A stretch of 32,000 nt of DNA from Edaphobacter aggregans (GCF_003945235.1 NZ_RSDW01000001.1:4710001-4742000), one strand, 5' to 3'; shown: positions 9,113-16,733, counted from the stretch's first letter. Numbers and translations are program-made. The notes: generated from the letters alone by a model not told the origin.

Positions 9113-9880
9113 ATGACATCACTTCAAAACAAAACGGCCCTTGTGACAGGCGCATCGCGAGGGATTGGCCGCGCGACGGCTACGGCGCTTGCTGAGGCCG
9201 GGGCTCATGTCTTGGTTCACTATGGCCGCTCTACACAGGAAGCGGAATCTCTGGTCGCCGAGATCCGAACGAAAGGCGGGCACGCCGATGCAATCTCGGC
9301 CGATCTAGGGACTCCGGGGGGCGCTTCGTCACTCGCCGAGCAAGTGCGTTCCATTATCGGTAACCGGCTGGATATTCTTGTGCTCAACGCCGGAATCAGC
9401 AAGGCGGGACGCATCGCGGATCACACGGTCGAGGATTTTAACAGCCTCTTTGCGACCAACGTCCGAGGCCCGTTCTTCTTGGTGCAGCAACTATTGGCAC
9501 TCCTTGGCGAGGGATCAAGCATCGTTGCTATCTCTTCCCTTGGGGCCCATGCGGTACCGGGCAAGCCCGGTCTGGAAAACCCTTCCCTTCTTGTTTACAG
9601 CTCGACCAAAGGGGCACTTGAGACGCTGGTGAAGAACTGGGCGGCCATTCTCGGGCCGAGCGGCATACGCGTGAACGCTGTTGCGCCAGGCGTAATCGAC
9701 ACAGATATGTCGAGTTTCACGAAGACTGAAGCTGGCCGTGAGGCCGCACTGGGAATGCAGGCATTGAGGCGTATCGGCAAGCCCGAGGATGTTGCTGACG
9801 TAGTCGCTTTCGTTGCATCCGATGCAGCACGCTGGATCACGGGGGCGAGTATTCCCGTAGATGGCGGTTCGAAACTCTAA
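9113..9880 (+). CDS. SDR family oxidoreductase
   Basis: TGASRGIG, LNAG and YSSTKGA motifs. GGAGAGGA lies upstream of the ATG at 9113 (MTSLQNK). Confidence 0.9.
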   Translation: MTSLQNKTALVTGASRGIGRATATALAEAGAHVLVHYGRSTQEAESLVAEIRTKGGHADAISADLGTPGGASSLAEQVRSIIGNRLDILVLNAGISKAGRIADHTVEDFNSLFATNVRGPFFLVQQLLALLGEGSSIVAISSLGAHAVPGKPGLENPSLLVYSSTKGALETLVKNWAAILGPSGIRVNAVAPGVIDTDMSSFTKTEAGREAALGMQALRRIGKPEDVADVVAFVASDAARWITGASIPVDGGSKL

Positions 9881-9900
9881 CAGGCAATGTGAGGAACTCG

Positions 9901-10293
9901 ATGAATGACACTTTTACCAAAGGCAAAGAGATCAAGATTCCTGGCCCAGATCATCCCATAGCAATTTTGCCGGTTGAGGGCCACGTGCGCGTGACGGTCG
10001 CCGGGAGAATCGTTGCTGAATCGACACGCGCCCTACTGCTGGAGGAGAAAGGATATCCGCCCGTCTACTACCTGCCACGCGAAGATGCCGACATGTCGCT
10101 GCTCGTTCGGACCACGCATTACACCTATTGTCCGTACAAAGGCGATTGCACGTATTACAGCATTCCCATTGGCAGGACGAAATCGGAATATGCCGTTTGG
10201 ACCTACGAAAACCCTTATGAGGCAGTGGCCGACATCAAGGACCACCTGGCGTTTTATCCCGCGCGGGTCGATGCGATCGAAGCGATCGCCTGA
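9901..10293 (+). CDS. DUF427 domain protein
   Basis: HVRVTVAGRIVAESTRALLLEEKGYPPVYYLPREDA...YCPYKGDCTYYSI...AFYP matches the DUF427 pattern. The start is at the ATG (MNDTF) after GAGGAA. Confidence 0.8.
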   Translation: MNDTFTKGKEIKIPGPDHPIAILPVEGHVRVTVAGRIVAESTRALLLEEKGYPPVYYLPREDADMSLLVRTTHYTYCPYKGDCTYYSIPIGRTKSEYAVWTYENPYEAVADIKDHLAFYPARVDAIEAIA

Positions 10294-10337
10294 GAACGTC
10301 ACCTATCCATCATCCGAACACATCCCAGGAGTTGAAC

Positions 10338-10739
10338 ATGCCCAAGACAACACCCGAACAGAACAAGGCGATCGTTCTCGAAGCCTTCGACACTCTCTTC
10401 AACAAACGCGACTACGCTGAAGCGGAACGCTTCTGGTCGCCTAAATACATCCAGCACAGCACACACATCGCTCCGGGGCGCGAAGGGCTGTTCGCTCTCG
10501 TCCGCGCGACGCCAGCTACGTTGCGCTATGAAAACCAAGTCATCGTCGCAGAAGGCGACTATGTCATTGCGCATGGCCGTTTCACCGGCATGGGAAGGCC
10601 CGCGGCTTGGATCGCCGCGGACGTTGTCCGATTCGAAGATGGTCTCCTGGCCGAGCACTGGGACGTGCTGCAAGACGAGGCAACAAAGGCCGAATCTGTC
10701 AGCGGCCTTCCTATGTTTGGGGACACATTCCCTTCGTAA
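10338..10739 (+). CDS. SnoaL-like / NTF2-fold (ester cyclase-like) protein
   Basis: NKAIVLEAFDTLFNKRDYAEAERFWSPKYIQHS...GDYVIAHGRFTG...VVRFEDGLLAEHWDVLQDE. AGGAG lies 7 nt upstream of the ATG. Confidence 0.75.
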   Translation: MPKTTPEQNKAIVLEAFDTLFNKRDYAEAERFWSPKYIQHSTHIAPGREGLFALVRATPATLRYENQVIVAEGDYVIAHGRFTGMGRPAAWIAADVVRFEDGLLAEHWDVLQDEATKAESVSGLPMFGDTFPS

Positions 10740-10752
10740 GGCATCGGTGTCC

Positions 10753-11325
10753 CTAGACTGGGTTCTTCAGCAGCTCTGCCACCGTCTTCAAGATTTCGCG
10801 TGAAAGCTCCTCATCCGATACGGCGCGGGCCAGCGACATCGCTCCTACAAGAGCGCTGAAAGTCAGGATCGCTCTCGACCGCGCCGCGCGATTGTCTTTG
10901 CCTGGCAGCAACCCAATAATCAACTCAATGTCATCTTTGACTTGTTCAGACGTAAGCGCGCGAGTCCGCTTATCGCTTCTAGCAAGTTCCGGTGCCAGAG
11001 CGCTGAAGGCACAGCCAGCACCTGGATTCTTGCGGTGCACATCGCTCACGTAGTCGTCGACAAGTCTCGCGAAAGTTAGCGGCTGGCCTTCGGATTCGGC
11101 AGCCTCCTTCTGGCGCTGCCAAACACCGAATGCATCGCCGACGGCCTCGGCTACCAGTTCATCGCGAGAGTCGAAGTGCTTGTAGAAGCCGCCTACCGTC
11201 AGACCGGCTTCCTTCATCAAGTCCGCGATTCCGAATCCCGCGAGGCCCTCTTCGCGGAACCTCTTTGAGGCAATCGCAACGATGCGCTTATGGGTCTTTT
11301 CCTTTTGCGCCTGCGAATAACCCAT
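10753..11325 (-). CDS. TetR/AcrR family transcriptional regulator
   Basis: KTHKRIVAIASKRFREEGLAGFGIADLMKEAGLTVGGFYKHFDSRDELV is a TetR HTH. GGAGG lies upstream of the ATG. The gene is divergent from the quinone oxidoreductase gene. Confidence 0.9.
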   Translation of the reverse strand: MGYSQAQKEKTHKRIVAIASKRFREEGLAGFGIADLMKEAGLTVGGFYKHFDSRDELVAEAVGDAFGVWQRQKEAAESEGQPLTFARLVDDYVSDVHRKNPGAGCAFSALAPELARSDKRTRALTSEQVKDDIELIIGLLPGKDNRAARSRAILTFSALVGAMSLARAVSDEELSREILKTVAELLKNPV

Positions 11326-11358
11326 CTGAACCTCCCCAAAAATAATCTGCGACCAAAT

Positions 11359-11411
11359 CAGGATTACGAATCTAATCCTGTAATGAGGATTATAACAATA
11401 ATCCTCATTAC
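11359..11411. promoter_or_regulatory. Two tandem palindromic operators sharing AGGATTA-N6-TAATCCT
   Basis: CAGGATTA-cgaatc-TAATCCTG (11359-11380) and the perfect 14-bp-arm palindrome GTAATGAGGATTAT-aaca-ATAATCCTCATTAC (11380-11411). The centres are 26 bp apart, in the TetR/oxidoreductase divergent region. Confidence 0.7.
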
Positions 11412-11534
11412 CCGACGAAGGGTCAGGGACTCAACCAATTCGCGACCTGCTGGTGGTCTCGATCGACATTAACAATCTCCAAGTTGCCGCCCAGCGGCGC
11501 GGCCGGGAGTGACATGAGAAAAGGGAGAACCAAA

Positions 11535-12506
11535 ATGCGTGCAATGAGAGCAGAGCAATTCGGTGGTTATGAAGCGTTGAAGCTCGTCGAGCTTCCCAAA
11601 CCAGCGGTCACGGACGGGAAAGTCCTGGTGCGAATCACCGCAGCCGGCGTCACGCCGCTCGATCATACGATTCTCATCGGCGATTTTCACATCCCGGAGA
11701 AGCCGCTCATCTTGGGCAACGAAGGAGCGGGCGTGGTGGAGGAGGGAGGCGGAGCGGATTTTCCCGCTGGCGCAAGGGTGATGTTCTGGGGCACCTATGG
11801 CGCTTTTGAAGATGGGACCTATTGCGAGTGGATTGCTGTGCGGAAGGAAGACCTCTGCTTGATTCCGGACAATGTCGATGACGCAAGCGCAGCTGGCATT
11901 CCGGTAGCGTATCTCACCGCGCAAGTGGCTCTTACTCTGGCTGATTTTCGTCCAGGCAAAACCGTTTTCGCGCCAGCGATCGGAGGATCGGTCGGCAACG
12001 CGGTGACGCAATTGGCACGCGCACTGGGAGCAAAGCACGCCATATCGAGCACGACCAACCATACGAAAGCGGAGCAGGCGAAGGTGCTTGGATTCAATGA
12101 GGTCATCGATACTTCCGTGGAAAAGTTAACTGATGGCGTGCGTCGTATCACAGACGGCTACGGCGCAGACATCATCATCGACGGGATCGGTGGTGAGGTG
12201 TTGAGCGAAGCGGTCAAAACGCTCGCACCAGGAGGAAGCCTCATAACACTGGGGTATTCCGCAAGCCGCAAGACAACTATTGATGTGACAAGCCTCATCG
12301 TGTCGCAAACCAGCATCCGGGGTTTCAATATGTTCTCTCAGCCGCAGGCGATCATTGCGGACGCCTGGAAATCTATTGCCGCTCTCCTTCAATCCGGTAC
12401 GATCAAACCGATCGTGGCGAAGACGTTCCCTCTGGTGGAAGCGGCTGAGGCTCTGCGTTATCTCGTTGAAGGCCGCCCCTTCGGGAGGGTAGTTCTGACA
12501 GTCTGA
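11535..12506 (+). CDS. zinc-type alcohol dehydrogenase / NADPH:quinone oxidoreductase family (MDR superfamily)
   Basis: MRAMRAEQFGGYEALKLVELPKP...GNEGAGVVEE...AIGGSVGNAVTQLARALGA...GRPFGRVVLTV. I chose the start at the ATG after GGGAGA rather than the track start at 11484. Confidence 0.85.
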   Translation: MRAMRAEQFGGYEALKLVELPKPAVTDGKVLVRITAAGVTPLDHTILIGDFHIPEKPLILGNEGAGVVEEGGGADFPAGARVMFWGTYGAFEDGTYCEWIAVRKEDLCLIPDNVDDASAAGIPVAYLTAQVALTLADFRPGKTVFAPAIGGSVGNAVTQLARALGAKHAISSTTNHTKAEQAKVLGFNEVIDTSVEKLTDGVRRITDGYGADIIIDGIGGEVLSEAVKTLAPGGSLITLGYSASRKTTIDVTSLIVSQTSIRGFNMFSQPQAIIADAWKSIAALLQSGTIKPIVAKTFPLVEAAEALRYLVEGRPFGRVVLTV

Positions 12507-12647
12507 CGACAATTGATGGGCGGGGTATAACAAGTATCCCGCTCCGCGATTAGCGAAGGATTCGCACTTCGCGCAGGCTTGGTGCGAACACAAGTTGTCA
12601 AATCAACCCAACCACGCTCGGACGAGCCTACTCAGAGAGGGGAATCA

Positions 12648-13049
12648 ATGACAACAATAAAGGCGATTCGGCTGGCTTCGGTGGTCACGGCAGTCAATGT
12701 TCTAGTCGCGAGCGGCTTTTCGATCGCGGGGATCATCCGTCCGCAATACCTGGTCCCTGCGGGATACATTCCAACGCAGGCGTCGTTGATATTGGCGCTG
12801 TACGCGGCGGCGCGCACAATTCCTCTGGCTTTGTTCGCATTGTGGGCGATCTACAAGCAGGCGACGCCTGCGTTGCTGATCCTGGGTGCGCTTGCCGGCG
12901 CCATCCAATTGCTGGATGCCGGCATCGGTCTGTTTGAGCAGGATCTGGGGAAATGCGCTGGGCCGCTCTTGATCGCCGTCCTCCAATTCTTCGCGGTGTA
13001 TCTACTTCACAGATCGGTGCGGATCACGCTGCAAACCAATCGCGGATAA
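12648..13049 (+). CDS. small multi-pass membrane protein (tentatively DUF4267-like)
   Basis: About 133 aa with four hydrophobic segments (VVTAVNVLVASGFSIAGII, LILALYAAARTIPLALFALWAIY, ALLILGALAGAIQLLDAGIGL, LLIAVLQFFAVYLL). GAGAGGGG lies upstream of the ATG. The family name is a guess. Confidence 0.55.
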   Translation: MTTIKAIRLASVVTAVNVLVASGFSIAGIIRPQYLVPAGYIPTQASLILALYAAARTIPLALFALWAIYKQATPALLILGALAGAIQLLDAGIGLFEQDLGKCAGPLLIAVLQFFAVYLLHRSVRITLQTNRG

Positions 13050-13707
13050 AAGCACGCTTGTTGCCCCACACAAGCTTGCGCCAGGTGCGTCCACCCCCGT
13101 AATGGAGAAATACGAGAACCGCTTCCACCAAATCGAGTGTATGACCTGCGTTGATGGTGAGCAGGTTGGCGCCAGGAGATGTCTTATTGAAATAGTCATG
13201 GCTGGAAGGCAGCTCCGGCCCGAAACCGACGTTGGTGGAGACAATTCTGGCGTTGAGTGGGCGTCCAATCTTCCCGGAAGAAATCAACTGAGCTGCACGG
13301 CGCACGGCTGGATTCAACCGACCTTGCAATCCAATCGCGGTATGAAGCGAACTTACCGCTCTGGCCATCTCTTCAGCCTCCGCGACGGTGCGTCCGAGGG
13401 GCGCCTCGCAGTACACTGCCTTGCCGGCCTCGAGCCCCGCCAGAACGAGTTCGCGGTGCGCGGGTACCTTGACGGCGATCGTTACGACGTCGATCCGGTC
13501 ATCGTGGATCATCGCGAACGGGTCGGACAACCAGCGCTCGGCTTCGAAGGCTTGAGCCGCTTCCCGGGCACTCCGCTCGTTGCGCGTCGCCACAGCCGCG
13601 AGCCTAAGACCGGGGAGACCTTTGATGGCCGGAACATGCGACACCTTCGCCCAGCTTTTTTCAGCGTTTGCCCCAACGATTCCGACACGAATTTCATTCT
13701 GCGTCAT
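13024..13707 (-). CDS. Gfo/Idh/MocA family oxidoreductase, apparently C-terminally truncated
   Basis: The N-terminal Rossmann domain (IRVGIVGANAEKSWAKVSHVPAI...DVVTIAVKVPAHRELVLAGLEAGKAVYCEAPL) is intact. The ORF is only 227 aa, its last ~30 aa look unrelated to the family, and it overlaps the convergent membrane gene. Confidence 0.6.
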   Translation of the reverse strand: MTQNEIRVGIVGANAEKSWAKVSHVPAIKGLPGLRLAAVATRNERSAREAAQAFEAERWLSDPFAMIHDDRIDVVTIAVKVPAHRELVLAGLEAGKAVYCEAPLGRTVAEAEEMARAVSSLHTAIGLQGRLNPAVRRAAQLISSGKIGRPLNARIVSTNVGFGPELPSSHDYFNKTSPGANLLTINAGHTLDLVEAVLVFLHYGGGRTWRKLVWGNKRAFIRDWFAA

Positions 13708-13804
13708 AGTTCAACCTCGCCTTATTGCCATTGGTTTTTGCGGGAAACGTGCATCGCTCCCGATCTTTGACGACAAACGGACAAATGAGCCTGTCGCATC
13801 GTTT

Positions 13805-14074
13805 TTATCCATTGCTCCTCTTCCTTTCGCCGCCTCGTAGATCGGCAGTTTTGGACTCCGAAGCATCGAAGTTCCGAGGAGGCTGTAGGGTGCCGAGCGA
13901 ATGCACCATTGTGTGTTTGACCGAACGCCTCTTAATATGATCCCAAGGAATGCAACGTAAGATCCCTTTGCAGATCAGGGCGGCGATCCCGAAGAAGCAT
14001 AATGAGACTATTGCGACTATTGCTTTGATAAGCCAGAGAGCATACCAAATCTGTTCCACGTTCTCGTTTCTCAA
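13805..14074 (-). CDS. hypothetical small single-pass membrane protein (weak call)
   Basis: AAGGAG lies 5 nt upstream of a TTG at 14074. There is one hydrophobic helix (IWYALWLIKAIVAIVSLCFFGIAALI). The ORF lies in an AT-richer patch and overlaps another ORF (13932-14300) in a different frame, so both cannot be real. Confidence 0.25.
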   Translation of the reverse strand: MRNENVEQIWYALWLIKAIVAIVSLCFFGIAALICKGILRCIPWDHIKRRSVKHTMVHSLGTLQPPRNFDASESKTADLRGGERKRSNG

Positions 14075-14206
14075 TGTTTCTCCTTGAATCAACTATCGAG
14101 CCGCGATTCCCAGCGAGCGGCTCGCAATAGTGGGTGAGCACTTGTCGAGCGGCTTCAGAGAGCGAGAGGTGAAGCTCGGTCTTCAGTCGCCGCACAGAGA
14201 TTCGCA

Positions 14207-14575
14207 TCAGTGCATATGAATGTTGCCAGAGCCTCCTGGCTCGTTTTTCGCTAGCAAGCACAGAAAGAACATCGAGACGGATATAAGAGAGAGGAGCCAA
14301 TAGACGTCGATGTAAGAAAGGGCTTGAGCCTGCGTGTTGAGCATGCTGTACATTCGGGCGAGTGCTCCTTGTTGCGCGGAATGCATGTCGAAACCGGCAT
14401 GTGAAAGGCGCGTGGCTAAGTCTGCGACGGCCTCATTGAACCAGGGGGAGCGCGTATACACAGAGAGAACCGATTGATGGTATTGGTCAAGGCGTTGCGT
14501 GGCAGCTCTAGGTCTCACCTGTTCCCAGAGTTGAATGCCCACGCCGGTGTTTTCTCTGCCTTGACTAGTACGTCT
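14207..14575 (-). pseudogene. 3' remnant of an EmrB/DHA2-type MFS efflux transporter gene (C-terminal ~110 aa only)
   Basis: The translation (YHQSVLSVYTRSPWFNEAVADL...AQQGALARMYSMLNTQAQALSYIDVYWLLSLISVSMFFLCLLAKNEPGGSGNIHMH) matches the extracytoplasmic loop, last TM helix and Gly-rich tail of EmrB-like proteins. The frame is closed by a stop at 14576-14578, and no N-terminal 13 TM helices are present. Confidence 0.65.
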
Positions 14576-14898
14576 CTAATGCCAGCAAGAAGGTTGTTCG
14601 GGCCATCCTCCAGCGTTGCATTCGCGAAGGCATCGCGCTCACCGAGATTTCCCGCAATGGAAACTATGGGAATACGCGATCCAGACGCTCGAATCAAGCT
14701 AGTGAGGTGATCCCGGTCCTTTCTGGGAACAGAACGGCACAGCAGGACAAGGTCGAAATCACCGGACTGAAAGCGATTGACCGCCTCTTTTAGGGATGAT
14801 GCTGACTCGACCATGTATCCCGCGGATTGCAGGACTAGACTTCGAGTCTCCAATAACGATGGATCGAAGCCAATAGAGAGAACTATAGTTAGCGACAT
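14515..14898 (-). CDS. stand-alone receiver-like (REC) domain protein lacking the canonical acidic pocket and phospho-acceptor Asp
   Basis: The 127-aa sequence has CheY-like periodicity (IVLSIGFDPSLLETRSLVLQSAGYMVESASSLKEAVNRFQSGDFDLVLLCRSVP...IPIVSIAG). The DD position reads GF, and the DLVLLD position reads DLVLLC. GAGGT lies upstream of the ATG. Confidence 0.65.
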   Translation of the reverse strand: MSLTIVLSIGFDPSLLETRSLVLQSAGYMVESASSLKEAVNRFQSGDFDLVLLCRSVPRKDRDHLTSLIRASGSRIPIVSIAGNLGERDAFANATLEDGPNNLLAGIRDVLVKAEKTPAWAFNSGNR

Positions 14899-15021
14899 GT
14901 ATACCTCGGCTCTCGAAAAGAACGATTCCGATGGGTTAGGACCTAAGGACTAGGAATCGCCTTCTCTTGTGACATGACTTTCTTTTCAATTCTCAGCCAG
15001 GCTTCAGCTGCCCGCCTATCT

Positions 15022-15675
15022 TCACAAACGCGTTATACGTGTCCTTTCAAGCCTGGAAACGGCTCCGTGGAGCACTTCGTCTTCACTCAGCGCACGAATG
15101 AGTGACTTCCTTGCTCTCAGCAAGCGCGACTTTATCGCGACAAGCGAAGCCCGTGTCCGTGCGGCAACTTCGGACACAGTGACCTCCTCCGAACAACGAA
15201 TCTCGGTGGCCTCTCGGAGTAACGGCGGCAAATGCCGTACAGCCTTTCGGAGTTTGAGGTTTCTCTCTCGCTCAAGAAAGCGGCGCTCTGGATCCAATCC
15301 CGGATCGTAACTTTGCAAATGGGATAACATATCCCCGTCGAAAGGACTCTCAGGATGGGCCCGCTTTTTCCGAACGATCATCAGCGCAGAGTTGATCGCA
15401 ATGCGCGTAAGCCAAGTGGGAAACTTCGACCTTCCATCAAACTTATTGAGGTGAATGAACGCCTTTAGCAGTGATTCCTGCAATCCATCCTCTGCATCTT
15501 CTTCGCTCCGAGTAATTCGGTGAATCGAGCGCAAAATACTACTCGAGTGGCGCCTGCAAAGTTTGGCATAGGCCAGATGCATTCCCGCTTTTGCTGAGAT
15601 GACGAGCGCCTCGTCGGACGCAACTGCTAACGTACTTCCCATTGGAGAGTCTGCTCCTGCATCAAACGGATTCAT
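15022..15675 (-). CDS. RNA polymerase ECF-type sigma-70 family factor
   Basis: Region 2 (DAEDGLQESLLKAFIHLNKFDGRSKFPTWLTRIAINSALMIVRKKR) and region 4 (TVSEVAARTRASLVAIKSRLLRARKSL). The start is at the ATG preceded by GGAGGA; the ATG at 15687 is an alternative. Confidence 0.85.
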   Translation of the reverse strand: MNPFDAGADSPMGSTLAVASDEALVISAKAGMHLAYAKLCRRHSSSILRSIHRITRSEEDAEDGLQESLLKAFIHLNKFDGRSKFPTWLTRIAINSALMIVRKKRAHPESPFDGDMLSHLQSYDPGLDPERRFLERERNLKLRKAVRHLPPLLREATEIRCSEEVTVSEVAARTRASLVAIKSRLLRARKSLIRALSEDEVLHGAVSRLERTRITRL

Positions 15676-15713
15676 CGGTTCCTCCATTGCATCGATACAA
15701 GAGCACAGTCAGT

Positions 15714-16142
15714 TCATCTGATTCCCAGTAACGCACGCGGAGCACGTTCGGTAAGATCTTTTGCCGTGTGACCTGCCATCAGCCAGCCATGCTTCCGCAT
15801 CCCCAGAACCAGCAGATCCGAGTGATGTCTCTTCGTGCAATCGATAATGGTGCCCACTTCGTCTCCACTGATCAACTCGGCATCGATTACCAGTCCTGCC
15901 GCCTTGGCCTGTTGTCGGGCTTCGACTTGGAGTGCGCTGTACCTAGCTCTCTTCTCCTCGGTATCAGTCCAGTGGACAGCCGGTACTGCACTCATCGCGA
16001 AGGAGTAGTAGCTGGGAAGCGGCTCAAGGACGGTGACCACACTGAGCTCTGCCCGTAGCGCTTTCGCTAACTCGATTGACAAGCGAAGCGCCCTGCCAGC
16101 TTCGGGCGAGTCATCATAAGCAACCATGATCTTGTGAAACAT
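15714..16142 (-). CDS. universal stress protein (UspA family)
   Basis: MFHKIMVAYDDSPEAGRALRLSIELAKALRAELSVVTV...HHSDLLVLGMRKHGWL...TAKDLTERAPRALLGIR. AGGAGG lies upstream of the ATG. Confidence 0.9.
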   Translation of the reverse strand: MFHKIMVAYDDSPEAGRALRLSIELAKALRAELSVVTVLEPLPSYYSFAMSAVPAVHWTDTEEKRARYSALQVEARQQAKAAGLVIDAELISGDEVGTIIDCTKRHHSDLLVLGMRKHGWLMAGHTAKDLTERAPRALLGIR

Positions 16143-16242
16143 TGCGATCCTCCTTTATCAAATCGTGGAACCCCTGAAATTGACGACGCCCACTCCCAGG
16201 GCTCTAGTCCATCCGAAGTAATGTCATGCCGCGGCGCTCGAT

Positions 16243-16710
16243 TCACGGGGGCGATGGCACGGTTGTGCGGTCTTCCTTCCGTGAGGATCGTGCATTACGG
16301 CTGGTTAACCGGGTAACGATCGCAAAGAGGAGGCTCACCGAGATTCCGCACATCAACACGCCGATGATGCTCTCCAGCGGCCCAAGCGTGCGCCAGTTCG
16401 ACGGGAGACTCAAGTCATTGCAGCCGAGCGTCGAATAACTGCTCGCGGAGAAGTAGATCGAAGAGTCCCATGACGGTAGACACCTCCAGCGATAGAAGCA
16501 TGCCCACAGCAGAATCTCCATTCCGTGCAGGACAACGACTGCTGCTGTAAACCGCACAAGCAACGCTGCAGAACGAATGGCGCCAAGCTCCTGCATATCT
16601 CCTCCTAACGCACGTCGCACCCACACGATGAGAATCGCGACTCCTGCAGACTGTAGCCACAGCGTGACCGTGATGAGAGGCAACTCGGCGCCAAATCGAT
16701 GAACAGACAT
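16243..16710 (-). CDS. ion-channel-like membrane protein (Ion_trans_2 / K+ channel pore fold) with a non-canonical filter TLGCND
   Basis: Pore-region pattern WDSSIYFSASSYSTLGCNDLSLP flanked by TM helices, where canonical K+ channels have T-x-G-Y-G-D. The ATG at 16710 lies 23 nt after the outer-membrane gene stop and is preceded by AAAGGAAAA. Confidence 0.65.
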   Translation of the reverse strand: MSVHRFGAELPLITVTLWLQSAGVAILIVWVRRALGGDMQELGAIRSAALLVRFTAAVVVLHGMEILLWACFYRWRCLPSWDSSIYFSASSYSTLGCNDLSLPSNWRTLGPLESIIGVLMCGISVSLLFAIVTRLTSRNARSSRKEDRTTVPSPP

Positions 16711-16733
16711 TGGTTTTCCTTTCGCCGTTCGGC

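Noticed and set aside
10985-11010. TGGCAC-N6-TTGC on the minus strand (CTGGCACCGGAACTTGC).
   Set aside because: The spacing is one nucleotide too long for a -24/-12 promoter, and the site lies inside the TetR coding sequence. It is probably a chance match.
11469-12062. A 197-aa minus-strand ORF.
   Set aside because: It is antisense to the quinone oxidoreductase gene, which has clear MDR motifs. It also overlaps that gene's start region.
13102-13770. A 222-aa plus-strand ORF.
   Set aside because: It is antisense to the Gfo/Idh/MocA gene, whose Rossmann motifs are clear, and has no motifs of its own.
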